A stretch of DNA of 64,000 nucleotides from Patescibacteria group bacterium. Lineage in GTDB: Bacteria > Patescibacteriota > Minisyncoccia > Phycocordibacterales > JBBTRF01. Shown here one piece after another: positions 20,373 to 30,140 of this stretch (the first letter of the stretch is position 1; each line of letters opens with the position of its first letter). The notes beneath the pieces are model-generated. The model did not search any database, was not told the origin of the DNA, and saw only the letters and a program-made list of their open reading frames with translations. A program made the translations under genes and the position numbers. Location: assembly GCA_038065315.1 (NCBI GenBank), contig JBBTRF010000002.1, positions 12,021 through 76,020 of the forward strand, given 5' to 3'.

Positions 20373-21264
20373 ACGAAGAGGCTTTTCTTTCTACAGGCTT
20401 TCCCTGTTCATCCAGTGCAATATAGTACAGATTCCGTTTTGGGAAAAGGGTGCGGTAGGTGAAAGAAAAGATTGGAGTGAAAAGTGGCGAGGATAATTTT
20501 GATCTCAACCAAAAGAACATCTTTACTTTTTTGTTGAGTGGGCCGGACTCTCGAGAAAGTGTTGCTTGTTCTTCTCTGTATTGTTTCATGTTGGTACTGA
20601 GTTGTCCGACGGAAGATCTGAATGAGCTTACTTCAGCATCGAGTGACCAAAGGGGGGTGACTTTTGCAAACTGTAGCCATAGAGAGTAGTCTCCAGCAAG
20701 CTTTAATGCAGGATCAATACCCCCAGCCTTATTCCACAACTCCTTACGCCAAAAGACGCTGTCTTGGTGGATGAAGTATGCGTTGCGGCCGTAGAACCCG
20801 CGAGCAATCCACTCTTGGTTGTATAGATAGCATCGTCCTCGTTCGGTAATGGCAGAGCGTTCGTCGATAAAAGACGTGATGCCTTTCAGCCAGAGAATGT
20901 CTGGGCGCGCAGAGAAGACAGCAGCGATTTTTTGGAAGGCGCCGGCGGCGTAGATGTCGTCGGCATTGATGTACGCGTAGACATCGCCGCCGGCGCGTGC
21001 GAACCCTTTGTTCACCGCATCATACATCCCAGCGTCTTTTTCCGATGCCCATTGCATCGTCACTTTTTTGCAGCGCGCCGGCACCAGACCCTCATCGACT
21101 TTTCGTTGCCATTCTTCCAGCAACGCGATAGTGCCGTCAGTGGATCCACCATCTTGCACGATATATTCGATTTCGAAATCTCCCGCTTGCGAAAGCACGC
21201 TCTCTATCGTTTCGGAGAGGAAGCGCTGACCGTTGTAGACGGGGGTGACGATGCTAAATTTCAT
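20362..21264 (-). CDS. glycosyltransferase family 2
   Basis: MKFSIVTPVYNGQRFL...IVQDGGSTDGT...YINADD motifs; start at 21264 (ORF opens at 21336). Confidence 0.75.
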   Translation of the reverse strand: MKFSIVTPVYNGQRFLSETIESVLSQAGDFEIEYIVQDGGSTDGTIALLEEWQRKVDEGLVPARCKKVTMQWASEKDAGMYDAVNKGFARAGGDVYAYINADDIYAAGAFQKIAAVFSARPDILWLKGITSFIDERSAITERGRCYLYNQEWIARGFYGRNAYFIHQDSVFWRKELWNKAGGIDPALKLAGDYSLWLQFAKVTPLWSLDAEVSSFRSSVGQLSTNMKQYREEQATLSRESGPLNKKVKMFFWLRSKLSSPLFTPIFSFTYRTLFPKRNLYYIALDEQGKPVERKASSYVI

Positions 21265-22079
21265 TTCTTCATCAGTCCGAGTGCGCGGAGGGCGCGCTTG
21301 ATGTAATACTTGGTGTAGCCGACGACGCGCGCCCAAGTCATCGGCGGCTTGTGCGTCTGCTGTGAGTCACTGAGAATCGTCCACGGCTTCTTCAGGATCG
21401 GCAATTTCCACTCGTCATTTTCTCGCGAGTAGCGATGCACGAACAATTTCTGTGTCGGATTTTCATACGGAAGGCAGTCGATGAGGAACATGAAAGACGA
21501 GTCAATCACGTGGATCTCTTTGGCTTTTTCGAACATCAGACAGTAGTCGATGATGTTTTCCGTAAATTGACGCTGCGGGCTGAACACTTCGAGGCCGGCG
21601 CCAATCTTGTCACGCTTGATAAGATATTGTCGAGGCAGGTCTTCGTGGATGAAGGCATAGTCGCCCTTCGGTGCCACTTTGTCGAACAACGCCTTTTCAC
21701 GTACAGGATCGCGCTCAATATGGAAGCTGTCCCATTTTTTCTCGAGCGGCACGCCGGCGAGGGAGTAGAATTGCTTTTCGAGCTGGCGACCGCCCCATTC
21801 GTCGAGGAATTCGAAACCAATCAGCCTCACTTCGTCGTAGTGGTCGGGACCGCTACCGTTGCCACTCTCGCTGGCGATGTATTGTCGAGCAAAGGCATCG
21901 TTACCCTGGATGATATTGAGGTTCTTGAGGTCACGATACATGAAGGCGACAGAAGGGTAGTTGTGGGGGTAGCAAAACAGCGCTACTTTGTCGTATTTTT
22001 GGCAATATTCACGCACGATGCCGTGACACATGAAGTGGTCTCCGAGCCCAAGATGGTGATACAAAATGACGCTAGACAT
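21261..22079 (-). CDS. hypothetical protein, possible glycosyltransferase-like (first gene of minus-strand sub-operon)
   Basis: 272 aa, ATGA overlap with GT2; no recognised family (LGLGDHFMC N-terminal motif). Confidence 0.4.
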   Translation of the reverse strand: MSSVILYHHLGLGDHFMCHGIVREYCQKYDKVALFCYPHNYPSVAFMYRDLKNLNIIQGNDAFARQYIASESGNGSGPDHYDEVRLIGFEFLDEWGGRQLEKQFYSLAGVPLEKKWDSFHIERDPVREKALFDKVAPKGDYAFIHEDLPRQYLIKRDKIGAGLEVFSPQRQFTENIIDYCLMFEKAKEIHVIDSSFMFLIDCLPYENPTQKLFVHRYSRENDEWKLPILKKPWTILSDSQQTHKPPMTWARVVGYTKYYIKRALRALGLMKK

Positions 22080-22151
22080 AGGGTGTTTGTTACGATAATA
22101 TGGCTCTATATCGGTCAGTATACCATATCTATTTTATCCTCATTAATTCCA

Positions 22152-23216
22152 ATGAAAGACGTCAAAAAAGCGATGAAAGCGGCCATACTCGAGACGATTG
22201 ACGCGCCGCTCGCTATCGGAAATGTCGAACTCACTGACCTCACTTCCGGCCAGGTATTGGTGAAGGTGCTGGTGAGTGGTATTTGCGGGGCGCAGCTGCA
22301 GGAAATCGCGGGGAATAAAGGCAATGCGAAATTCGTCCCGCATTTGTTGGGCCACGAAGGCTGCGGTATTGTCGAGGCACTTGGCCCAGATGTGACGCAT
22401 GTGAAGGTGGGCGACAAGGTGGTGATGCATTGGATGAAGGGTGACGGGATCGAAGCCGATTTTCCGACCTATATTTTGAATGGCAAAAAGATTCGCAGCG
22501 GCAAGGTGACCACTTTCAGTGAGTACTCGATTGTGTCGGAAAATCGGCTTACTGCTGTACCGCACGAGACGCCGAATGACCTCTGTGCGCTGCTGGGCTG
22601 CGGACTGTCGACTGCACTTGGTGTGATGGAGAACGAAGCGCAGGTGAAGCCGGGTGAGAGTGTGATGATTGTGGGCGCCGGCGGCTTGGGTCTCAATCTT
22701 TTGAACGCGGCGGTAATCGCCGGCGCCAAGCCCATCATTCTCGTCGACGTTCACGAAAGCAAGCGCAAGATGGCGGAGTCTCTCGGTGCACACCTATTCA
22801 TCAATTCAAAGGAGAAAGGTATCAAGGAAGAATTGACCGAAAAACTGAATCTGAAAGACGTGGATGTGATCGTCGACACTTCCGGCAACAAGCACGCAGT
22901 CGAAGCGACCCTTCCGCTGCTCGGCGGAAACGGTCGCTATATTTTCGTCGGTCAGCCGAAACCGGGCGAAACCATTGAGCTCAAAAATGCACACCACATG
23001 TTCGACGGAAAAGGGAAGACTATCAAGGCGACTCAGGGTGGAAAATTCAATCCGACAAAAGACATCCCGCGTTATTTGCAAATGCACAAGACCGGCGCAT
23101 TGAAAATCCACCATATCATTACGCATCGCATCAGCCTCGACAAGGTCAATGAAGCGATCGACATGGTGCGAGCGGGCCAGGCTGGACGAATTATTATTGA
23201 TATTTGTCCAAACTAA
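22152..23216 (+). CDS. zinc-dependent medium-chain alcohol dehydrogenase/reductase
   Basis: GHEGCGIVEALG zinc motif, GAGGLGLN Rossmann motif; start MKDVKK at 22152 (long ORF from 21435 is antisense read-through). Confidence 0.75.
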   Translation: MKDVKKAMKAAILETIDAPLAIGNVELTDLTSGQVLVKVLVSGICGAQLQEIAGNKGNAKFVPHLLGHEGCGIVEALGPDVTHVKVGDKVVMHWMKGDGIEADFPTYILNGKKIRSGKVTTFSEYSIVSENRLTAVPHETPNDLCALLGCGLSTALGVMENEAQVKPGESVMIVGAGGLGLNLLNAAVIAGAKPIILVDVHESKRKMAESLGAHLFINSKEKGIKEELTEKLNLKDVDVIVDTSGNKHAVEATLPLLGGNGRYIFVGQPKPGETIELKNAHHMFDGKGKTIKATQGGKFNPTKDIPRYLQMHKTGALKIHHIITHRISLDKVNEAIDMVRAGQAGRIIIDICPN

Positions 23217-23242
23217 CCCGCGTGACGCACACGAACACTAAA

Positions 23243-24205
23243 ATGTCTACATCCCTCCTCGACGCTTACAAAAAAATGCAGTTGATCCGCATCACTGAGC
23301 AAGAGATCGCGAACTTTTATTTGGCCAACAAGGTGATGAGCTTCGTGCATTTCTATGTCGGACAGGAAGCGGTCGCAACAGGCGTCTGCGCGGCGCTGGC
23401 GAGTGGCGACAAAGTGATGGGTAACCATCGTTCACACGGCCACTATTTGGCGAAGGGCGGCGACTTGAAACGCATGGTCTGCGAGTTGCTCGGCAAGGCG
23501 CACGGCTCGTCGAAAGGGAAGGGCGGTTCGATGCACATGATCGACAAGTCGGTGAACTTTGTCGGCTCCACCCCGATTCTCGGTAGCGTGGTACCACTCG
23601 CGTGCGGTGCGGCTTTTGAACAAAAATATAACAAGAAAAACGACCTCACCGTGTCGTTTGTCGGCGACGGTGCTTCCGAAGAGGGTGTGGTATACGAGAC
23701 GATCAATCTCGCCGCGCTTTTTAAACTCCCATATCTCATTGTGGTAGAGAATAATCTCTATTCGGTCAACTCGAAAATAAAAGACCGGCGCTCTGAAGGC
23801 TACAATGTCGAAAAGATCGTCACCGGCCTCGGCGCGCAGTATATGAAGGCTGACGGTAACGATCTCGAAGATGTGCTCGCAAAGGCAACCGCCGCCGTCG
23901 CGAAGATCCGCGCTGGCGGCGGACCAATGGTGCTCGAGTGCATCACTTATCGTCACATGGCCCACAGCGCGCCGCTCTTTGATGACGCTCAAGGTTATCG
24001 CGAAGAAGATCCGCTCGAAAAGCGCCTCGAGCGCGACCCAATCAAGCGCTTGAAGCAAACCTTGCTCACTGCGGGTACTTCCGAGGAGCAACTCGCCAAG
24101 ATCGAAAAGGAGACTCGAGATACCGTGCTCGCTGCAATCGCCTTCGCGAAGGATGCGCCATTTCCGGCGAAGGAGACTTTATATACTGACGTTTACGCGA
24201 AATAA
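23243..24205 (+). CDS. TPP-dependent dehydrogenase E1 component alpha subunit (PDH/acetoin-DH E1 alpha-like)
   Basis: YVGQEAVATGV, GNHRSHGHYLAKGGD, GKGGSMHM TPP-binding motifs. Confidence 0.75.
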   Translation: MSTSLLDAYKKMQLIRITEQEIANFYLANKVMSFVHFYVGQEAVATGVCAALASGDKVMGNHRSHGHYLAKGGDLKRMVCELLGKAHGSSKGKGGSMHMIDKSVNFVGSTPILGSVVPLACGAAFEQKYNKKNDLTVSFVGDGASEEGVVYETINLAALFKLPYLIVVENNLYSVNSKIKDRRSEGYNVEKIVTGLGAQYMKADGNDLEDVLAKATAAVAKIRAGGGPMVLECITYRHMAHSAPLFDDAQGYREEDPLEKRLERDPIKRLKQTLLTAGTSEEQLAKIEKETRDTVLAAIAFAKDAPFPAKETLYTDVYAK

Positions 24206-24208
24206 CTT

Positions 24209-25282
24209 TTGAATACTTGTATGCCCGAACGAATCATCAAATGCAACGACGCGATCAGGGAGGCCACCGACCAGATGATGGCCGCTGACCCAAGTGTGTT
24301 CGTGATCGGTCTCGGTGTCTCATACAAGAATGGCGCGGACGGGACCACTGCAGGGTTGAAAGCAAAGTATCCGGACCGCATCTTCGATGTTCCGGTCTCC
24401 GAAGCGGGATTCACTGGTATGGCAGTGGGTGCGGCGATCAGCGGCTTGCGCCCCGTCATTCATCATGGTCGCATCGAATTTGCACTGCTCGCCTCCGACT
24501 CGATCTTCACCCAAGCCGCAAAGTGGAACTATATGTTTGGCGGCGACAATCCGGTGCCGGCGGTCTTCCGCATTGCCATCGGCCGCGCCTGGGGCAATGG
24601 TCCGCAGCACACGCTCTCGACGTATTCTATGTTCGGCAATGTTCCCGGCTTGAAAGTGGTCATTCCATCGACGCCATACATGGCGAAGGGTCTACTGGTC
24701 TCTGCTTTGCGCGATCGCAGCCCGGTCGTCTTTCTCGAAACCCGCTATTCATACGGCATGAAGCAGCATGTGCCCGAAGAGCTATACGCCGAACCGCTCG
24801 ACAAGGCGAAAGTGTTTCGAACAGGGAAGAGTGTCACGGTCGTCGCGTATGGTGACGGTTTTGTTGGCGCGCTACAAGCCTGCGAATTGCTCAATGCGAG
24901 CGGCAACGGCACAGACGTTGCAGATATCGACCTGATCGATCTCGTGAGCATCAATCCTGTCGACCACGAGACCATCACTCGTTCGGTGCAGAAGACCGGA
25001 CATTTGTTGTGCATCGATACGACGATCGATTCATTTAGTGTTGGCTCGGAGATCATCGCAAAGGTGGCGCAGAACGGCGCGATCAGACTGAAAAAGGCGC
25101 CGGTCTCGCTCGCGTGTCCGAATGTTGCCTGTCCAACCTCGACTGCACTCACTGAAGGCTACTATCCGACCAAAGTGGACATCGCGAACGCTATTTTAGC
25201 CCTGCAAGGGAAGCCAGCGATCAAGTACGATCTTTCTTTTGACGATTTTCATACTCACGCCGCATTTGTGATCCAGGGTTAG
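24209..25282 (+). CDS. TPP-dependent dehydrogenase E1 component beta subunit (transketolase-like)
   Basis: 357 aa; transketolase pyrimidine-binding and C-terminal domains; follows alpha subunit after 3 nt. Confidence 0.75.
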   Translation: MNTCMPERIIKCNDAIREATDQMMAADPSVFVIGLGVSYKNGADGTTAGLKAKYPDRIFDVPVSEAGFTGMAVGAAISGLRPVIHHGRIEFALLASDSIFTQAAKWNYMFGGDNPVPAVFRIAIGRAWGNGPQHTLSTYSMFGNVPGLKVVIPSTPYMAKGLLVSALRDRSPVVFLETRYSYGMKQHVPEELYAEPLDKAKVFRTGKSVTVVAYGDGFVGALQACELLNASGNGTDVADIDLIDLVSINPVDHETITRSVQKTGHLLCIDTTIDSFSVGSEIIAKVAQNGAIRLKKAPVSLACPNVACPTSTALTEGYYPTKVDIANAILALQGKPAIKYDLSFDDFHTHAAFVIQG

Positions 25283-25343
25283 ATTGACGGAAAAGCTTCG
25301 AAAATAACGTCAAAAAGCCTTATAATTGGCCGCAAAATAGACA

Positions 25344-25372
25344 TTGACAGTAGCATTAAAATATGCTACAAT
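25344..25372 (+). promoter_or_regulatory. consensus sigma70 promoter (TTGACA-17-TACAAT) for EEP gene
   Basis: TTGACA 25344-25349, 17-nt spacer, TACAAT 25367-25372; AGGAGG RBS at 25474-25479, GTG start 25485. Confidence 0.55.
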
Positions 25373-25484
25373 TGAGACCGGTCAGGAAATGCCCTGTTTG
25401 GCATGTTCCGAATTTGAAAAAACAGCAGAAAACGCAATAAACCAGGCCCTAAACAGGCCGCAAACCTCTTGAAAGGAGGCCGCA

Positions 25485-26270
25485 GTGCAACGTCAACAGT
25501 TCAAGCTCATCACGCTCAACGTTGGTCGCGGACTTTCCGGCATCGACCGGATCATTACCTTCCTACGGGAGCAGCAGGCCGACGTGCTTTGCTTGCAAGA
25601 CATCAGCGCCGACCATATCGCCTCGTTCCCCGGAGTGTTCGGTCCGTCGATGCACTTCGTGCCGATGTGCCGCCACCACTTCAGGGGACTGGGCCATGTT
25701 CCGGTCGGCGTCGGCATTTTCTCCCGGTTTCCGCTCGCCAGCACCTCGGCGCATGCTTACGTCGGCAACATTCAGCCGGTCTTGGACATCGACGGCGTCA
25801 CCTACGGCGAAAATGGCGCTGCCGCTCCGACGGATCTGGATCTGGTCCGCAAGACCGAATCCCGCGTCGCCGTGTTCGCCAACGTCCAGTTACCCGACAA
25901 CGTTCAAGTCCGGGTTGGCACTACGCACGGGGTTTGGACTCCGGGCGGAAAAGCGGACGAGCATCAACGCAAGGCTACGCGCCTGCTGCGCAACTGCATG
26001 AATGAGCAACTGATTGACGGTGGCCTGATAGCCGGCGATTTCAACGCTGCCACTGGCGGCGAGATCTACGGCATTATTGCCGGCTCGGAGCACTATCAGA
26101 GCGTTATGCCGGGCAGCATCACCAACACCGTTGACTGGGAAGTTCGCGGCAAGAAAGGCCCGGAACTTGTCGTGGATCACGTCTTCGCCGCGCATGTCGC
26201 CGTTCCGGAAGTGGCTGCACACTTCGGTGTGAGTGATCATGCCGCGCTCTCGGCCATTGTCCGGGTGTAG
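25485..26270 (+). CDS. endonuclease/exonuclease/phosphatase (EEP) family protein
   Basis: 261 aa; EEP-like motifs LCLQD, GTTH, SDHAAL; GTG start with strong SD; markedly GC-richer than neighbours. Confidence 0.6.
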   Translation: MQRQQFKLITLNVGRGLSGIDRIITFLREQQADVLCLQDISADHIASFPGVFGPSMHFVPMCRHHFRGLGHVPVGVGIFSRFPLASTSAHAYVGNIQPVLDIDGVTYGENGAAAPTDLDLVRKTESRVAVFANVQLPDNVQVRVGTTHGVWTPGGKADEHQRKATRLLRNCMNEQLIDGGLIAGDFNAATGGEIYGIIAGSEHYQSVMPGSITNTVDWEVRGKKGPELVVDHVFAAHVAVPEVAAHFGVSDHAALSAIVRV

Positions 26271-26354
26271 CGGATTACTCGAAATAACAAGTGATACTTC
26301 GCAACTTCCTCGCGCCATCCGTGGCCGAGGGAGTTTTTTCTTGTAGACATTTTG

Positions 26355-28361
26355 CTACTTCCGCCACAGATACAGAGCAATCGGGAAGCAGTAACTATTT
26401 TTGAATGTTTCGGCGACTTGGAAATTAAAATCGCGATCAGCGCCGCGGCCCATGAAAGATGGCCAGACCCGGTTTTTGAGCTTTCTGAATTGGACCTTTT
26501 CTATCACTTCGCGCTTGAACATTGGACTGTTGCCCGCGCCTGGGTAGGGCGCCAGGTTGCCAAAGAAGAGCTTGTTCAGTACGCGGAGACGTTTGTAGTG
26601 AAAATGAATCGCGCTATTTACATACGTCGAGACTTTTGCAACCAACCCTTTTGCTTTCTGTGACAACGTGTAAATCTCTTTAGGTCCAAGGATTTTTCCG
26701 TCAATTTTGTATTCCGCTTTCGTCCCCAGGAGCTCTTCTCTGAACGGGACACACTCAGTAGTGATGTGCATCGCGCCATGCTTGGTGAGCAGATCGTGTT
26801 GAACCTCCAGTCGGTTCAATAGGGAGGCATCATCGCCGTCCTGGAAGGTGATGAGTTCGCCACGAGCCTTGGTGAAGCCAAAGTTTCGCGCAGCATAGCC
26901 TGCGTTGGTGTTGCGTTTCAGTATCGGATCGATGCGCTCGGTGTCGTTGCCGGGTAGTGAGTAATAAGCGACTCGCGGATCTTCTTTCGCGACGTCCTCG
27001 ACAATCTTTTTGGTGTTGTCGGCGCTGTTGTCGTCCACAACGATGACTTCAAGATGTGTGTATGTTTGTTGGAGGATTGAATCAATCGCTGTTTTGATCG
27101 TCTCGGCGTTGTTGTGTGCAGGGATGATGACAGAGATGAGCGGATTTGTTGCGGGGCGTAGTATGTCGTCGATAAAATGTCCGTAAGCGGAAGAAAAATG
27201 CTCTTTCGTATGGTGTTCCCGAGCATACATCCAGGTGTTGTGAGCCAATGTGCTGAGCTGCTCCGGTGCAGTCTGTGCGATTTTTTTCGCCTGTGCGCGG
27301 ATCGATTCAATGGTCGGCTCCTCCAAAATGATTGCCGGGGCTTTCTCAGCAAGACCTGTTTGTCTGGTGACAATCGGGAAGACTCCAGCATGCATTGCCT
27401 GTATCACGGCACCGGAAGTACCCTCAGAGGCTGAAGGGTAAATGAGGGTTGCGCATTTATTAGCGATGGCAATGAATGTCGTGTCGCCGACGGTCATTGT
27501 GCCAGCCTTGTCCATCTTTGGTCGTGGATAGCAAGTGATATTCGGTAAGGCGAGTTCGGTTGCATAGACTGCTTGGAACGTTGTTTCAGCGGCGGTGGGG
27601 CCGATGATATGTAAATGCAGTTCCGGCATGGTGGAGAAAGCTTCTATTACCAAATCGAGTCCCTTTAGGATAGCCCCACCGCCGCTGAAGAAGAGAAAGT
27701 GCTTTCGCGCTTCGGCAAAATCTTTTCCGCCCGCCTCGCCAATCTCGGAAGCTTCAAATGTCTGTGCGACGGATATAGGAATGTGGCGAATCGGTTTATT
27801 GAATCGAGCAAATGTTGCGTAAACAGTGTCGTTGCCGAAGCCTTCAAGGAAGTCTGCATAAGCAGGATTTTCAGCACCGGTCTCGACGCGCCGAGCTGGC
27901 AGAATGATACCGCGTCGCTGTTTGAGTTCGGCGAGACGCTTCGCTTCAGCGGCGTTTTGAAAACCGCTCTCCGACGAAGTGATGTGCATTACTTTTTTGC
28001 ATGAAGCAGGAAGGAGGGAGGTGCCTGCGAGGCCGGCAGTACACCATCGCTCCAGATTTTGCCGCACATCGACGACGGCATCATATTGTTTGCGCGGAAC
28101 AAAAGACGTATTTGAGGCATTGATCACGTCGACATCATATCCTCGAACTGAAAACAGCCGAGCAATTTCAGAGCATTCCCAATAGTTGGTGTGTGGGTCG
28201 GTGAATCGCTGCCAAGGGAGAAGGGTGAAGGGGCCGGTGAGATATGAGAGGAGAACTCGACCTTTTTTTGTCGACTGGCCACCTGTCTTTTCGCGTGTCG
28301 CCGGCACATGCACTACTCCATGTAGCTTGTTTGAGACTTTGTTTTTGAGAGTGCCGATCAT
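26355..28361 (-). CDS. bifunctional glycosyltransferase (N-terminal GT-B/GT4-like domain + C-terminal GT2 domain)
   Basis: N-half GTSGAVIQAMHAGVFPIVT; C-half LISVIIPAHNNAETI...VIVVDDNSADNT...FQDGDD; start MIGTLK at 28361 (ORF opens 28556 with R/S-rich junk). Confidence 0.65.
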   Translation of the reverse strand: MIGTLKNKVSNKLHGVVHVPATREKTGGQSTKKGRVLLSYLTGPFTLLPWQRFTDPHTNYWECSEIARLFSVRGYDVDVINASNTSFVPRKQYDAVVDVRQNLERWCTAGLAGTSLLPASCKKVMHITSSESGFQNAAEAKRLAELKQRRGIILPARRVETGAENPAYADFLEGFGNDTVYATFARFNKPIRHIPISVAQTFEASEIGEAGGKDFAEARKHFLFFSGGGAILKGLDLVIEAFSTMPELHLHIIGPTAAETTFQAVYATELALPNITCYPRPKMDKAGTMTVGDTTFIAIANKCATLIYPSASEGTSGAVIQAMHAGVFPIVTRQTGLAEKAPAIILEEPTIESIRAQAKKIAQTAPEQLSTLAHNTWMYAREHHTKEHFSSAYGHFIDDILRPATNPLISVIIPAHNNAETIKTAIDSILQQTYTHLEVIVVDDNSADNTKKIVEDVAKEDPRVAYYSLPGNDTERIDPILKRNTNAGYAARNFGFTKARGELITFQDGDDASLLNRLEVQHDLLTKHGAMHITTECVPFREELLGTKAEYKIDGKILGPKEIYTLSQKAKGLVAKVSTYVNSAIHFHYKRLRVLNKLFFGNLAPYPGAGNSPMFKREVIEKVQFRKLKNRVWPSFMGRGADRDFNFQVAETFKNSYCFPIALYLWRK

Positions 28362-28365
28362 GCGA

Positions 28366-29133
28366 TTACTTCGCCGCCTTCTTGATGAACAGCGCGAGGT
28401 CGAGCGTATCCGCCTGCTCAGTTTTTGTGATCGTGAATGGTCCTTCGAATGGTCCGTTGACGCAATTCCACTCCACTTCGCCGTGCTTTCGGGTGATCGC
28501 ATCCAATTCAGCAAATGTCCACTCGCGCAAATGCCAATAATTCTTCGGCGTGCCATCGGCCTTGGTGTACTCTGGTCGCTTGTTCGGTGTAGTCAAGAAG
28601 ACGCCGCGCTTCGAGACACGCAACACTTCGTCGAGGAAGCGATGGTAGTCCTCCACGTGCTCCAACACTTCCACACAGGTGATCATGTCAAAATAATTGT
28701 CAGGATAGTCGAGTTTATAGCCATCGTACAAAGAGAGTTTTTTCAACTTTGGATGCTTGCCGGCAAGTACGCGTTGGCAATAGTCGTAGGCTTTCTTATC
28801 GACATCGGCGCCATACACCTCAGTCGCTTTGTTCCCCAAAAGCACCAGTCCATAGCCGGTGCCAAATCCGACATCGAGCACACGGTCGCCCTCCTTCACA
28901 TAATTATTGAGGGCACGAAAATACACCTCGATCTGGCACGGTGGAATGATTCCTTCGATTCCCGAGACAGCCGAGTATTCCTTCGGATCGGTCTTTTTCG
29001 ACGTGTTAAAAACCAGGCCAACCGAACTCGCCGTTTTCACCGGCATGATCCGGAATCCGAGCGTGCTGTCTAGACAATTATTGACTGCTTTTAGGGTTTT
29101 TTTGATCATATAAATAGGAGCCAATTTTATCAC
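28366..29133 (-). CDS. class I SAM-dependent methyltransferase
   Basis: VLDVGFGTGYG motif I, ITCVEVLEHV, SKRGVFLTTPN. Confidence 0.7.
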   Translation of the reverse strand: MIKLAPIYMIKKTLKAVNNCLDSTLGFRIMPVKTASSVGLVFNTSKKTDPKEYSAVSGIEGIIPPCQIEVYFRALNNYVKEGDRVLDVGFGTGYGLVLLGNKATEVYGADVDKKAYDYCQRVLAGKHPKLKKLSLYDGYKLDYPDNYFDMITCVEVLEHVEDYHRFLDEVLRVSKRGVFLTTPNKRPEYTKADGTPKNYWHLREWTFAELDAITRKHGEVEWNCVNGPFEGPFTITKTEQADTLDLALFIKKAAK

Positions 29134-30140
29134 GCCTTTTTTCGGGTCACAAGGCGGTAGAGTTTTTTCAGTAATTCGCTCTTCACCGCGATCGCGATGA
29201 CTGTTTTCTTCAGGCTAAATGGCTCTGGACGAAAACTCCGTTCGTAAAAGGCTCGGTCGTATTCCATCCCGGCCGCTACCGCGCCTTCGGCAGTTGCCGG
29301 ATGAACGATAGCTCCATCCGCGTAGAGATCATGTGTCGCTAGGTGCTGGTTGCTGCCGCCCGAATGCGTCCCTTCTGAGCCGATATTGGATACCAGATTT
29401 TTGCGAGGGATGATACAAAAGCCGCCACTCCTCAGACAGGCATACAGCCACTGCACGTCCCAGGTGTTTGTCTTTCCGGATACGATGTCGTCAAAGAGAC
29501 GTTCCATATGATTTCTCATATATTTCTGATCTTCCGGATATAGCTCGTTCAGCATCTTTATGTCTCCCGAGTCGCTCTTGTTTCTTGTTGCTCTTTCCCA
29601 ATCCTTCATCTGCACATCATACTGCTGCCATGCTCGGCGCCATGTCGCCCAGCCCCAGATCGGAAAGTATTTTGAAAATGCGTAGTCGGTCTCGATGTGC
29701 ACATCTGGCAGAAAATTGTCGCCAGAGATCATCATCACTCGCTCATCCGATCGATACCGCTTGAGCATCTCTCCTGCGAAACGAAAGAAAGACGGGTGGG
29801 GTAGACAGTCGTCTTCGAGGATAATCCCTTCTTCGACGTGTTCAAAAAACCAATTCAATCCCGAGGAGATACGCTCTTTCAGGCCAAGGTTTTTTTCGGC
29901 GTAATTGCGACGGACTTCGCATGGCCAGTCAATCTCCGTATCTGCAACGATCGCTCTTGTTTCTTCGCAGAGGGCTGACTCGGCCGGGGTGCGTGGACCA
30001 TCTGCAATAATGAAGAGCTGTCGAGGCTTTGCCTGGCGGATTTGCTCGAATACCTTGCGAGTGTATTCCGGGCGATTGAAGATGAGAAAGGCAATCGGCA
30101 AGGTCGATAGGTTTGGCGTGTTGATATTAGTCTGCGACAT
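29130..30140 (-). CDS. GT-A-fold nucleotide-diphospho-sugar transferase-like protein (HlpA-like)
   Basis: FIIADGP...ILEDDCL...WGWATW pattern; start MSQTNI at 30140 avoids 83-nt overlap with asnB. Confidence 0.35.
   Translation of the reverse strand: MSQTNINTPNLSTLPIAFLIFNRPEYTRKVFEQIRQAKPRQLFIIADGPRTPAESALCEETRAIVADTEIDWPCEVRRNYAEKNLGLKERISSGLNWFFEHVEEGIILEDDCLPHPSFFRFAGEMLKRYRSDERVMMISGDNFLPDVHIETDYAFSKYFPIWGWATWRRAWQQYDVQMKDWERATRNKSDSGDIKMLNELYPEDQKYMRNHMERLFDDIVSGKTNTWDVQWLYACLRSGGFCIIPRKNLVSNIGSEGTHSGGSNQHLATHDLYADGAIVHPATAEGAVAAGMEYDRAFYERSFRPEPFSLKKTVIAIAVKSELLKKLYRLVTRKKA

Noticed and set aside
21435-22151. 5' extension of ADH ORF to 593 aa
   Set aside because: Upstream 240 codons are antisense of the 21261-22079 gene and lack homology; true start is MKDVKK at 22152
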